From: an uncultured Candidatus Saccharibacteria bacterium
GTDB lineage: Bacteria > Patescibacteriota > Doudnabacteria > UBA920
Direction of reading: 5' to 3'
DNA: 64,000 nt
Assembly: GCA_964453405.1 (NCBI GenBank)
Contig: CAYVOF010000002.1
Location: 10,825-74,824 of the forward strand
Shown here: positions 29,377 through 38,909 of the stretch, piece after piece
Numbering within the stretch: the stretch's first letter is position 1
Layout of the letters: every line of letters starts with the position of its first letter
Program-made: the position numbers and the translations under genes
The notes under the pieces: model-generated
Database searches by the model: none
Seen by the model: only the letters and a program-made list of their open reading frames with translations
What the model was told of the DNA's origin: nothing

Positions 29377-31935
29377 CTAAACTGTCTTCTCTACTGCGCC
29401 TGGTCCAGCAGCCATCATATCAGCAACTTGGCTAGCTTCTAGGATTTCTGACTCAACTTCACTGCGTGGACGGCCAAATTTTAACCGCGACAGTTGACGA
29501 ATAGCCTCGGCAGTTTTCTTTTGCTCTTCATTAGCTTTTGGTAGCGGATAAGTTGCCATATTAAACGGTTTACTAGCCGTTCCCTTAATCATCAATTTTA
29601 CAAACGCGTTAAAGCGATCAACGTTTAATAAATCGAACTCGTTAAATGTTGGGGCAAATTCTTTAGCCATAACTTCACTGTCTTCTACACCGATACGGAA
29701 CGTGACCATACTACCAGCATTTCCAAACACCGCATCGCGAAGATCGTTACTTGCCGCACCTTGTGCACCCGCAGCTTGACCAAGCTGCGCCAAGAACTGG
29801 TGACCAATAATTAAGTTTAATCGATACTTACGGGCTTCACTTAAAATAGATGAGAAAGCATCAGTAATAAAGTTCTGGAACTCATCTACATATAGATAAA
29901 AATCTTGACGTTGATCTTCGGGAATATCAGCGCGCGACAACGCTGCCATCTGAATCTTACTAACCAAAATCAAACCAATCAGTTTGGCGTTCATTTCCCC
30001 TACTTTTCCTTTGGCCAAGTTCACTAAGAGGATTTTTTTATTATCCATGATGTCTCTAAAATTGAAGGCGCTCTTTGGCTGACCAACAATATTACGCATC
30101 ATGGAGTTTTCTACGAAGCGACCAACTTTGGAAACCAAATAACCCAACATTTCGGACTTATGAAAGTCGCTAGTTTTAGCCATTTCTTTTTCCCAAAAAG
30201 CACGAACCACTGGATCATTTAATTTAGAAACTTTGTACTTTTGGAATTCGGTGTCAGTAAAAATGCGCGGTACCTCGACAATTGTGCCTGGGTTTTGTTC
30301 ATCCGCCATCAACGTAAGCATGGCGTTGCGCATATTATGTTCGAACATTGGTCCAAGCATGGCAGGGTCGGTAACCAATTTATAAAAGATCGAGATCATT
30401 TCTTGTACAGCAAAATCTTTTTGACCTTCACTAGTCACTTCGAGCATGTTCAAACCCATTGGCCGGTCTGTATCGAATGGATCAAACAAAATTACATCTT
30501 CGGCACGCTCTTTTGGAATATGAGGTAAAACGTCTTCAATAAAATCACCGTGTGGGTCAATAATACAAATTCCGTCACCATTCTTAATATCCTGCACAGA
30601 CATGTACTTCATGATTTCGGTTTTACCCACACCAGTACGCCCTAGAATATACATATGACGACGACGATCATCGCGCGACATATGAATCTTAGTTTCTTGG
30701 CCACGATAAATATTACGACCTAATAAGATTCCTTCTTCTGGCAAATTAATTGGAGGTGGAGCTTTTTTAGATAGCAACCATTTGATGTTTGGTGTTTCTA
30801 AAAATGGTGTTGGGAGATGCCAAATGCTAGTTAATTCTTCGGTGTTTAAAATGGCTTTACGGCCATAACGACGATAGATGCGAAAAATATAATCTTTAAT
30901 AATACGTTTTTTGGCACGGCGCTTTACGCGAAAACCATTAAACGGCGCCATGTTGTACTGCAAAAATGAAGCTACTAAGTTATGCATATTAACTTTGGCT
31001 TCTCCAGGAGTTGGAGACGCAGTAATTAACCGAATGTTAGTAAAAAATCCTGGACGACTGGCTTTTTCTTCAAAGCGCTTTACCATTTCTTGCTGCATTG
31101 GGGTTAAGTTAATCGCCGAATATCGTCCCGATAAATCAGTGCGTTGCTGCATTTGATCTTTACTTAACTCACCACTTCCTAATGCACTGGTTTTTGCAGT
31201 ACTGGCAACTTCACGCGCAAAACGACCAAACGCACTCTTGGCAACAATGTTTGGATTTTTCCCTTGCTGAATTTCCAACGCCATATGACGTGGTCGGTGC
31301 TGCCAATGCTCGCCTGCGGGATATAAAATCATTTGAATCACGGCGCCGTCTTCATCGCCAAGTTTTGACATTGCATTAGTAAGGGAGTTAAGTGGATCAG
31401 TTTCCATGCTCTTATAAGTTCGGAAAGGATACATATAAGGTTTCGTAAGACGAAGCTCAGTTGCCTCAATCTGACCTTTGGCCGGAAAAGGATTATAGCC
31501 TTTAATCTCTTCGATAAAGGCATGAGGATACTGCGCCTGAACCTGCTTTTCAATTAACTCTTGTAGCTTGCGCGGGCAATTAATATAAAACGAAATCTTT
31601 TTATCAATACAGGCAATTTCGAAACTAATATATTCTTTAGGTTGAAAAAACCAGTTGTCATGACTTATACCCGAGAGCGTAGTAAATAACTGTTCCGCAA
31701 TACCAATTAGTAGTTTTTTCTCTTCATCTCGTTGATACTTTTCTTTATCTTCGCTATTATCTTTTGGCATTTGAATTTCTAAGAACACCCAATCTTTAGT
31801 GCGCGGCAAAATTACGCGGCCATAATACCAATGCCGGTGCAAATAATAAACCAGGAAAACCAAAAACACTATTACTAAAATTCCTAGCAATAGTGATGCA
31901 ATAATAATTGTATTAAGTTCTAATCCGAACGGCAT
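29377..31935 (-). CDS. Membrane-anchored FtsK/HerA-superfamily ATPase of type IV secretion type (VirB4/VirD4/TraD-like) with an atypical ~400-aa N-terminal domain
   Basis: N-terminal TM; Walker A GRTGVGKT (aa 432-439) followed by IIDPHGD; Walker B LYVDEFQNF (aa 680-688); 852 aa. Confidence 0.6.
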   Translation of the reverse strand: MPFGLELNTIIIASLLLGILVIVFLVFLVYYLHRHWYYGRVILPRTKDWVFLEIQMPKDNSEDKEKYQRDEEKKLLIGIAEQLFTTLSGISHDNWFFQPKEYISFEIACIDKKISFYINCPRKLQELIEKQVQAQYPHAFIEEIKGYNPFPAKGQIEATELRLTKPYMYPFRTYKSMETDPLNSLTNAMSKLGDEDGAVIQMILYPAGEHWQHRPRHMALEIQQGKNPNIVAKSAFGRFAREVASTAKTSALGSGELSKDQMQQRTDLSGRYSAINLTPMQQEMVKRFEEKASRPGFFTNIRLITASPTPGEAKVNMHNLVASFLQYNMAPFNGFRVKRRAKKRIIKDYIFRIYRRYGRKAILNTEELTSIWHLPTPFLETPNIKWLLSKKAPPPINLPEEGILLGRNIYRGQETKIHMSRDDRRRHMYILGRTGVGKTEIMKYMSVQDIKNGDGICIIDPHGDFIEDVLPHIPKERAEDVILFDPFDTDRPMGLNMLEVTSEGQKDFAVQEMISIFYKLVTDPAMLGPMFEHNMRNAMLTLMADEQNPGTIVEVPRIFTDTEFQKYKVSKLNDPVVRAFWEKEMAKTSDFHKSEMLGYLVSKVGRFVENSMMRNIVGQPKSAFNFRDIMDNKKILLVNLAKGKVGEMNAKLIGLILVSKIQMAALSRADIPEDQRQDFYLYVDEFQNFITDAFSSILSEARKYRLNLIIGHQFLAQLGQAAGAQGAASNDLRDAVFGNAGSMVTFRIGVEDSEVMAKEFAPTFNEFDLLNVDRFNAFVKLMIKGTASKPFNMATYPLPKANEEQKKTAEAIRQLSRLKFGRPRSEVESEILEASQVADMMAAGPGAVEKTV

Positions 31936-31979
31936 TTATTTTTTATTTTGGTTTCTACTTAACGAACTATTTATAATGG

Positions 31980-32333
31980 TTAATTTTGCAGATCGCCCAT
32001 TATTTTATTTACTAATTCCCTAGCCGAGCTACTATCATCAGTTTTAATATCATTTTCATCGTAGAGCTCCGTTTTAATATCTTCCACACGTTTTTCACCC
32101 GAAGCTATCGCTTCTATAATAGGAGGTTCTAAAGCTGATTCTATAGATAATTTAGAAGCATCCACTTGAGCAGGCGCCTCGGACTGCTCTATAGGGACTT
32201 CTTGTTCAACTGACTTAACTTGAGCTGGAATAGTTTCGGAAATTGAAGACTCAGCAACTTCTTGCATGCCAAGATTTTCTGTTGCTTTTTCCGGTTCAAA
32301 ACCTTCTGGAGTTTTTCGTATTGGGTCTGCCAT
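31980..32333 (-). CDS. Small acidic low-complexity protein (117 aa)
   Basis: ORF preceded by a TGGTATAAT -10 element ending 9 nt before the ATG, so likely a leaderless mRNA. Confidence 0.4.
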   Translation of the reverse strand: MADPIRKTPEGFEPEKATENLGMQEVAESSISETIPAQVKSVEQEVPIEQSEAPAQVDASKLSIESALEPPIIEAIASGEKRVEDIKTELYDENDIKTDDSSSARELVNKIMGDLQN

Positions 32334-32375
32334 AATGTATAAATTATACCATAAAACGACTTAAAAATACAAATA

Positions 32376-32410
32376 AAAAAGCGCTATTTTTTAATACAAT
32401 AGCGCTTTAA
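32376..32410 (-). terminator. Rho-independent terminator downstream of the SDR gene
   Basis: Hairpin aaagcgctatt ... aatagcgcttt followed by a T-run on the minus strand. Confidence 0.65.
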
Positions 32411-32417
32411 AACTGTT

Positions 32418-33128
32418 CTAAAACTGATAATCTCTTGGGATAGACATTTCTTTAAAATATTCCGTTTGACTAACCACAGAGTCTACAATAACCCGAGCAA
32501 CCTTAGATGGATCTAAAAACCCATCAAAATTATCTTGCGGATTATTATCCCAAAATGGAGTTTGCATACCACCTGGCATAAATAAGCTGACTTTGATGTT
32601 GGATTTAAGTCGTTCGGATTCTAAGCCTAAACTCCGAGTGAACCCAACCTGAGCATGCTTAGTTGCAACATAAATCGCCTCATCGTCTCTGGCTTTCATT
32701 CCTGAAGAAGATGAAATCACAACAAACTGACAATCTCTATTAGACTTGAGCATCTCTCTCCAAACTGCATGAGCAATCAAAACAGAGTTACGAAAATTTA
32801 TATCCACCAAATGACGAATGGAAAAAAAATCTTGATCTGCAAAATCTCCCTTTAATAATGAGCCGGCAACCCAAAAAAATCTATCGATTGTCGGTATTGT
32901 TGGAAATTCCAGAATATTCTGACCCAAACGATCACAAATAACATGGATAGAGTGATCATTGCTTAGATCGCACGGTAAAAGCAATTTATCGTCATTAAAA
33001 AATTCAGTCTTGATTGAACTACCTCCTACTACAATATAATCACCGTTAGCTTGGCATTGGTTAACAATACTTGCCCCGAGACCCTTAGTCCCACCCAAAA
33101 CAAACGAAACCAGTCTATTATTCTTCAT
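32418..33128 (-). CDS. Short-chain dehydrogenase/reductase (SDR) family oxidoreductase
   Basis: GGTKGLG Rossmann motif and YVATK (YxxxK) catalytic motif. Confidence 0.7.
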   Translation of the reverse strand: MKNNRLVSFVLGGTKGLGASIVNQCQANGDYIVVGGSSIKTEFFNDDKLLLPCDLSNDHSIHVICDRLGQNILEFPTIPTIDRFFWVAGSLLKGDFADQDFFSIRHLVDINFRNSVLIAHAVWREMLKSNRDCQFVVISSSSGMKARDDEAIYVATKHAQVGFTRSLGLESERLKSNIKVSLFMPGGMQTPFWDNNPQDNFDGFLDPSKVARVIVDSVVSQTEYFKEMSIPRDYQF

Positions 33129-33187
33129 ATTAACTCCTTTTTGCTTTATTTTCTGATAATAAATTCTATCTCATTTGCAGATATTAG

Positions 33188-33300
33188 TAAAGTCCAGAGA
33201 TTTTGTTATAAAGCGAAATCATCAGCGCACAGCCGTAGCTCGCAAAGCGAGCGTAACGGCGTAGCGGTGCAGATTGAGCGATAACAAATCTCTGGACTTA
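33188..33300. repeat. GC-rich palindromic intergenic element, copy A
   Basis: About 20-bp AT-rich inverted arms (taaagtccagagattttgttat / ataacaaatctctggactta) flanking a GC-rich core containing gctcgcaaagcgagcg. Confidence 0.6.
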
Positions 33301-33330
33301 ATAAAAAATCCTACAAAAGTAGGATTTAAT

Positions 33331-34608
33331 TTATTTCTGATAATCATGCATGGTCAGCTGCGCTTCGACCTGCTTAATGCTTTCGATTACTACTGCAACC
33401 ACAATCAGCAAGCCGGTTCCGCCAAAGGTTAAAGCTTTAGTACCAGTCCAAGTTTGCAAGATAAATGGCAAGATGGCAATCAAACCTAAGAATAAAGATC
33501 CAGGCAAGGTAATGCGGTTCAAAACTTTGTACAAGTAATCCGCAGTCTGTTTTCCTGGACGAATCCCAGGCACAAATCCCCCACTACGTTGCATGTTCTC
33601 AGCAACTTCATCAGGATTTACAACAATATTTGTGTAGAAATATGTAAACACCACTACCAGTACAAAGTAAGCGATGCCATACCACATACCTTGGTTGTTG
33701 GTGAAATCAATAGCGCTTTGCGCAAAGTGAGCAATCGCTGCAGTTTTAGCGTGTAAAAAGAACTGCGCAATAATCGCTGGGAATAACAGCAAAGAAATTG
33801 CAAAAATGATTGGAATTACACCAGCTTGGTTAAGGCGTAAAGGTAAGAATGAATTCACTCCCCCAACCTGACGATCACCACTCATACGTTTAGCATACGT
33901 AACAGGCACGTTACGCTGGGCCTCTGTCACTAGTACCACACTAGCAATAACAATTAAGCCGACGATAACGAATCCAATAATAGTTGGTAACTGGCTTGGG
34001 TCGTATAATTGAATCAACGAACCAATGCTGTTTGGTAACTGGGAAACGATTCCTGCAAAAATAACTAATGACACACCATTACCAATGCCGTATTCAGAAA
34101 TAATTTCACCGATCCACATCACCAACATTGTGCCAGCAGTTACAGTTAACAAAGTTAAGAACCATTGAAAAGGAGAAAATGTTCCAAGTAGTTCGGCACC
34201 ACCTTGGCTTTGTAATAAGCGGATGGTTCCAAAACCAGATAATACTGCTAAAGGAATAGTTAAGAAACGAGTGTACTGGTTAATTTTGACGCGGCCAGCT
34301 TCTCCGCTTTCTTTTTGTAATTCAGTAAGAGAAGGCACCACCATTGTTAATAACTGCATAATAATCGACGCAGTAATATAAGGACCTACTCCAAGCATGG
34401 CAATAGAAAAGTTCTTTAAGCCGCCACCGGAGAAAACATTTAATAAGTTTAAAAATTGATTGCTTTCAAAAAAGGCTTTTAACCCAGAAACACTAATTCC
34501 TGGAATTGGGATATGTGCCAAAACGCGAGTTAACAATAGTAAAATCACCACCATCATAATTTTCCAGCGGAGATCTTTAGTTTTCCAAATTAAACTAATT
34601 TTATTCAT
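33331..34608 (-). CDS. secY: Preprotein translocase subunit SecY
   Basis: 425 aa with 10 TM; typical SecY N-terminus and conserved loops. Confidence 0.95.
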   Translation of the reverse strand: MNKISLIWKTKDLRWKIMMVVILLLLTRVLAHIPIPGISVSGLKAFFESNQFLNLLNVFSGGGLKNFSIAMLGVGPYITASIIMQLLTMVVPSLTELQKESGEAGRVKINQYTRFLTIPLAVLSGFGTIRLLQSQGGAELLGTFSPFQWFLTLLTVTAGTMLVMWIGEIISEYGIGNGVSLVIFAGIVSQLPNSIGSLIQLYDPSQLPTIIGFVIVGLIVIASVVLVTEAQRNVPVTYAKRMSGDRQVGGVNSFLPLRLNQAGVIPIIFAISLLLFPAIIAQFFLHAKTAAIAHFAQSAIDFTNNQGMWYGIAYFVLVVVFTYFYTNIVVNPDEVAENMQRSGGFVPGIRPGKQTADYLYKVLNRITLPGSLFLGLIAILPFILQTWTGTKALTFGGTGLLIVVAVVIESIKQVEAQLTMHDYQK

Positions 34609-34644
34609 ATTTGTATTATACCCGAATCGGGTTTATTTAGCACT

Positions 34645-35079
34645 TTACTTTACACTACCACCTGCGGCTTCGATAGAAGCTTTGGCTGTAGCGGACACAG
34701 GCACAGCAACTACAAGCTTACGTTTGAGTTCACCCTTAAGGATTTTTACCTTCTTTACACCATCATCAATGATGCCGTTAGCTATTAAGCAGTTTAAGGT
34801 TACTTCGGTGCCGTCAGCAAGCACATTTAACAAGTCCAATTTAACAGCAAACGCGTTTGGAGCCAAGCTCTTAAACCCACGCAATTTACCGATCTGGCGA
34901 ATCAATGGTTGACGTCCACCTTCAAATCGCGCTGGAGACTTAGAGTGACCAGTACGAGCTTTTTGTCCTTTAGCACCACGAGTAGAATATGTACCGTGAC
35001 CACTACCAATACCGCGACCAACAACTTTGCGGCGCTTTGTAGCTTTAGGGTGACGTTTTAATTGATGTAATTTAATCAT
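34645..35079 (-). CDS. rplO: 50S ribosomal protein L15
   Basis: RRKVVGRGIGSGHGTYSTRGAKGQKAR motif. Confidence 0.9.
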   Translation of the reverse strand: MIKLHQLKRHPKATKRRKVVGRGIGSGHGTYSTRGAKGQKARTGHSKSPARFEGGRQPLIRQIGKLRGFKSLAPNAFAVKLDLLNVLADGTEVTLNCLIANGIIDDGVKKVKILKGELKRKLVVAVPVSATAKASIEAAGGSVK

Positions 35080-35098
35080 ATATTTAATGGTTGAGAAT

Positions 35099-35173
35099 AA
35101 ATTTATTTGCTAAGAGAACAGTTTGCGAGCGCACGAGCGAAGCGAGGAGCGCTGTTCTCGTGCAAATAAATTT
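35099..35173. repeat. GC-rich palindromic intergenic element, copy B, occupying the usual L30 (rpmD) slot
   Basis: About 23-bp arms (aaatttatttgctaagagaacag / ctgttctcgtgcaaataaattt) around the core tttgcgagcgcacgagcgaagcgaggagcg; it overlaps the rpsE stop codon. Confidence 0.6.
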
Positions 35174-35672
35174 AGGCTCGACTTTTTAATATTTCTTCTT
35201 TGCTGCGCATCATTTTAAAAGCTTCGAAGGCAGCACGAACATTATTGGTCTTGTTATTAGAACCAATCATTTTACTAATTACGTTCTTAACACCAGCCAT
35301 ATCTAATACACTACGAACTGCACCACCAGCGATTACACCAGTACCAGGACGAGCAGGAATCATTAACAATTTACTAGACTTGTATTTAATATTAACCTGA
35401 TGAGGAATTGTATCGTTTACAATTGGTACCACAATCATGCTCTTTTTAGCCGCATTAACTGCTTTGTTAATAGCTTCGGTAACATCCATACCTTTTCTTA
35501 AACCAATACCAATTTTACCTTTGTGATCACCAATAACGATAAGTGCGCGAAAACGCATACGCTTTCCACCACCAGTTACACGGGTGACACGTTTAACCTC
35601 AACCAACTTTTGGTCGAATTCACGGGCCTCTTGGCCTTCTCTTGGATTGTTTCTACGTTGTCGTTTTTCCAT
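35172..35672 (-). CDS. rpsE: 30S ribosomal protein S5
   Basis: Conserved S5 dsRBD and C-terminal domain. Confidence 0.9.
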   Translation of the reverse strand: MEKRQRRNNPREGQEAREFDQKLVEVKRVTRVTGGGKRMRFRALIVIGDHKGKIGIGLRKGMDVTEAINKAVNAAKKSMIVVPIVNDTIPHQVNIKYKSSKLLMIPARPGTGVIAGGAVRSVLDMAGVKNVISKMIGSNNKTNNVRAAFEAFKMMRSKEEILKSRA

Positions 35673-35686
35673 AAAATTAAATTAGT

Positions 35687-36040
35687 TTAGAATTGTAACC
35701 CAGCTTCGCGAGCTGCTTCTGCTAATGCTTTAATACGACCATGATACTTATAACCACTACGGTCAAATACTACTGCTTTAACACCTTTTGCTACTGCTTT
35801 GTCAGCGATATCCTTACCTACTAAGCCAGCTTGTTCAACTTTATTGCCTTTAGCTTTTAGATTTACACTTGAAGTAGCAGCAATTGTCTTACCAGTAACA
35901 TCATCAATAACTTGTGCATAGATTTGAGAGTTGGATCGAAACACGCTTAACCGAGGACGTTGTTCTGTACCGCTAATTCGGCTGCGAACGCGACCCTTGC
36001 GAAGTTTGTGCTTTAAAATTTTGTGCTTCTGTTGATTCAT
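35687..36040 (-). CDS. rplR: 50S ribosomal protein L18
   Basis: Sequence similarity and position in the spc operon. Confidence 0.9.
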   Translation of the reverse strand: MNQQKHKILKHKLRKGRVRSRISGTEQRPRLSVFRSNSQIYAQVIDDVTGKTIAATSSVNLKAKGNKVEQAGLVGKDIADKAVAKGVKAVVFDRSGYKYHGRIKALAEAAREAGLQF

Positions 36041-36060
36041 ATATTTAAATTATCTGGAGA

Positions 36061-36642
36061 TTATTTACCGACGGCTTTAACAACTTTACCTGCTTTACGC
36101 AAAATAGTTTCATCACTGTAACGAATCCCTTTACCTTTATAAGGTTCTGGCTTTTTTAATTCGCGAATATTAGCAGCAACTTGGCCAACTAAATGCTTAT
36201 CAATTCCAGAAAGAGTTACTGTAGTTTGGTACTGAGCAATAGTTACTTTAGCTGGGTCTTTTTCTACCTTAACCTGAATACCTTCTGGAATTGGAAAATC
36301 AATAGCATGAGAAAAACCAAGATTCAAAACCAAAGTTTGACCACGCATCTCAGCTTTAAAACCAACGCCAACAATATCCAACTGCTTAGAAAAACCAGTA
36401 GTTAGTCCATCAACCATATTCTGTACCAAAGCTCGGGACAATCCCCAAAGAGCTTTTTCTCGCTTGTCTTCTTTTTTAGCAACATCAACAGTAAGTTCGT
36501 TGTCTTTAAGCGCAACAAGAACCTTTGGATGGATATCCAACTCTAAAGTACCTTTACTACCTTTGATAGTGAGATGCTTGTCTTTAAGCTCGGCGGTAAT
36601 GCCTTGCGGTAAGATGACTGGTTTTTTTCCTATTCTGCTCAT
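36061..36642 (-). CDS. rplF: 50S ribosomal protein L6
   Basis: Sequence similarity and operon position. Confidence 0.9.
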   Translation of the reverse strand: MSRIGKKPVILPQGITAELKDKHLTIKGSKGTLELDIHPKVLVALKDNELTVDVAKKEDKREKALWGLSRALVQNMVDGLTTGFSKQLDIVGVGFKAEMRGQTLVLNLGFSHAIDFPIPEGIQVKVEKDPAKVTIAQYQTTVTLSGIDKHLVGQVAANIRELKKPEPYKGKGIRYSDETILRKAGKVVKAVGK

Positions 36643-36660
36643 ATATGTATTATTTAAAAA

Positions 36661-37053
36661 TTACCAGACTTGGCAAATTACTTCGCCACCAATGCGATCT
36701 TTACGAGCGCGCTTATCTGTAACTAGACCTTTAGAAGTAGAAACAACTGTAATTCCAAAACCACCGTTAGTACGAGGAATCTTAGTCACTGGCATGTAAA
36801 TGCGCTGACCTGGAGTGCTCACGCGCTTAACACCAGAGATTACAGGATTACCAGATTGATCATACTTTAAGTTGATTTGGAGCATTTTAATGCGGCCTGG
36901 AAGTTCATTTACACCAGAGATAAAACCTTCTTCTAAAAGAACTTGAGCTAAGCTGTGTTTAAACTTAGAGTAAGGCATAACTAAATCAGCCTTGTTGCTA
37001 GCTAAGGCATTGCGGATTCTGGTTAACATGTCGGAAATTGGATCTGTGTACAT
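36661..37053 (-). CDS. rpsH: 30S ribosomal protein S8
   Basis: MYTDPISDMLTRIRNA N-terminus. Confidence 0.9.
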   Translation of the reverse strand: MYTDPISDMLTRIRNALASNKADLVMPYSKFKHSLAQVLLEEGFISGVNELPGRIKMLQINLKYDQSGNPVISGVKRVSTPGQRIYMPVTKIPRTNGGFGITVVSTSKGLVTDKRARKDRIGGEVICQVW

Positions 37054-37070
37054 AGTAGTTTAGTTATTTC

Positions 37071-37265
37071 TTACCAAGAGGCTTTTGATACACCTGGAAG
37101 TTCTCCACGGCTGGCTAATTCTCTAAAACAAATACGGCAAAGGGAGAAGTCTCTCATAAAAGCAGCTTTTCGACCACACTTAAAACAACGACGAATCACC
37201 CGAGTGGAAAATTTCGGCTTTGTCAGACTTCTGGTTGCTTTTGCGATTAGAGATTTTTTTGCCAT
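37071..37265 (-). CDS. rpsZ: 30S ribosomal protein S14, type Z (zinc-binding)
   Basis: 64 aa with CxxC...CxxC. Confidence 0.9.
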   Translation of the reverse strand: MAKKSLIAKATRSLTKPKFSTRVIRRCFKCGRKAAFMRDFSLCRICFRELASRGELPGVSKASW

Positions 37266-37274
37266 TGTTGTTAA

Positions 37275-37814
37275 TTAATCTTTGAAGGGAAACTTCATTT
37301 GCTTTAATAATTCGTAAGCTGGTTCATCTTTACCAGCAGAGGTTACAATCGTTACTTGAAGACCGAAAATATGTTCGAGAGCTTCTTGAGAAATTTCTGG
37401 GAATACTAAATGTTCTTTAAGTCCAAGGTTGTAATTACCACGTCCGTCAAAACCTTTTTTAGATACACCACGGAAATCTTTAATTCTTGGCATAGCCACG
37501 CTGATCAGTTTATCTAGAAAGTCGTACATGCGAGGACCGCGGATAGTAACAGTTAGACCAACTTGCTGACCTTCACGAACTTTGAATCCAGCGACCGACA
37601 GACGAGCCATAGTTTCGACAGGAGCTTGCCCAGCCAACTTTGTGAAGTCTTTTTTAATTGACTCCATAAATTTGTTGTCTTTGAGGAAACGTCCGACACC
37701 GATATTAAGGTTAACCTGTTTGATTTTAGGTACGGCCATAATATTAGTGTAACCAAATTGCTTTTGCAAAGCAGGAGCTATCTCTTTATTATATTGTGTT
37801 TGTAATCGGTTCAT
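37275..37814 (-). CDS. rplE: 50S ribosomal protein L5
   Basis: The MNRLQTQYNKEIAP start lies at 37814; the longer track ORF overlaps rplX. Confidence 0.85.
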   Translation of the reverse strand: MNRLQTQYNKEIAPALQKQFGYTNIMAVPKIKQVNLNIGVGRFLKDNKFMESIKKDFTKLAGQAPVETMARLSVAGFKVREGQQVGLTVTIRGPRMYDFLDKLISVAMPRIKDFRGVSKKGFDGRGNYNLGLKEHLVFPEISQEALEHIFGLQVTIVTSAGKDEPAYELLKQMKFPFKD

Positions 37815-37818
37815 ATAA

Positions 37819-38142
37819 TTAGATGGCCTTTCCTGACTGCTTAGCAATTCGCTGCTTAGTGCCATTTTCTAAGATTGAATAACCCACGCGCGTTGGCTTG
37901 CCAGAGTGCGGGTCGATCAACTGTACCTTAGAAGAAGCCATTGCTCCAGCAAAGACAATCTTTTGACCAGGCTGACCTGCTCGGCGGCTGCGTTCAAACT
38001 TGGTGTGCATGTTGACGTTTTCGACTACTACTTTAGAAATAGTAGGAATAACACGCAACACTTTACCAGTTTTGCCTTTATCTTTGCCAGACAATATCTT
38101 AACGGTATCGCCTTTCTTAATTTTTAACTTGTTATTGGACAT
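37819..38142 (-). CDS. rplX: 50S ribosomal protein L24
   Basis: KOW motif KIKKGDTVKILSGKDKGK. Confidence 0.9.
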   Translation of the reverse strand: MSNNKLKIKKGDTVKILSGKDKGKTGKVLRVIPTISKVVVENVNMHTKFERSRRAGQPGQKIVFAGAMASSKVQLIDPHSGKPTRVGYSILENGTKQRIAKQSGKAI

Positions 38143-38162
38143 AAATATATTAAATTACTCTA

Positions 38163-38534
38163 CTAGATTACCTCTGGTGCTAATGATGCGATCTTAGCAA
38201 ATCCAGCGTCGCGGACTTCTCTTGGAATTGGTCCAAAGATACGAGTACCACGTGGTTCGCCTTTTTCTTTATCTACTAATACACCAGCGTTCTCATCGAA
38301 GCGAATGTAAGAACCGTCTTTGCGACGAATTTCTTTTTTAGTGCGAACAATTACTGCGTAGATCTTATCACCTTTTTTAACCTGACCATTTGGTGCGGCT
38401 TGGCGAACAGACCCAGCGACAATATCCCCAACTCGTGCAAAGCGACGTTTGTTTTTTCCGTTCACTGCGAACAAGTTGACGACTTTAGCGCCAGTGTTAT
38501 CTGCGATTTTAATGTAAGATCTAATTTGTAACAT
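38163..38534 (-). CDS. rplN: 50S ribosomal protein L14
   Basis: [18 protein letters not shown]-terminus. Confidence 0.9.
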   Translation of the reverse strand: MLQIRSYIKIADNTGAKVVNLFAVNGKNKRRFARVGDIVAGSVRQAAPNGQVKKGDKIYAVIVRTKKEIRRKDGSYIRFDENAGVLVDKEKGEPRGTRIFGPIPREVRDAGFAKIASLAPEVI

Positions 38535-38589
38535 AAATTTATTAAGGGTTTATTGAATAGTTTAGTGCGGCTCACTGCCCGCGCCCGCC

Positions 38590-38886
38590 TTATTCTGTAG
38601 GCTTTACTTCTGGCTGACGACCTCCAACTGCGCCATCCTTGATAACAGTAAACTTTTTATCACGGCTCATCGGACGAATAGCCTCGATAGTGACCTTATC
38701 ACCGATCTCGCAGCTATTGTCTTCATCATGAGCTTTGTAGCGATAAGACTTAGTATAACTCTTATGGTACTTAGGGTGACGCTTTAAAATGTCAACCTTA
38801 ACCACGACAGTTTTATCCATCTTATTTGACACTACGGTGCCGGTCATCTGTTGTTTAGTAATTTGCTCTGTCATTTTCTTAGACAT
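38590..38886 (-). CDS. rpsQ: 30S ribosomal protein S17
   Basis: Sequence similarity and operon position. Confidence 0.85.
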   Translation of the reverse strand: MSKKMTEQITKQQMTGTVVSNKMDKTVVVKVDILKRHPKYHKSYTKSYRYKAHDEDNSCEIGDKVTIEAIRPMSRDKKFTVIKDGAVGGRQPEVKPTE

Positions 38887-38909
38887 ATAAATATAATTAG
38901 TTGCGCGGC

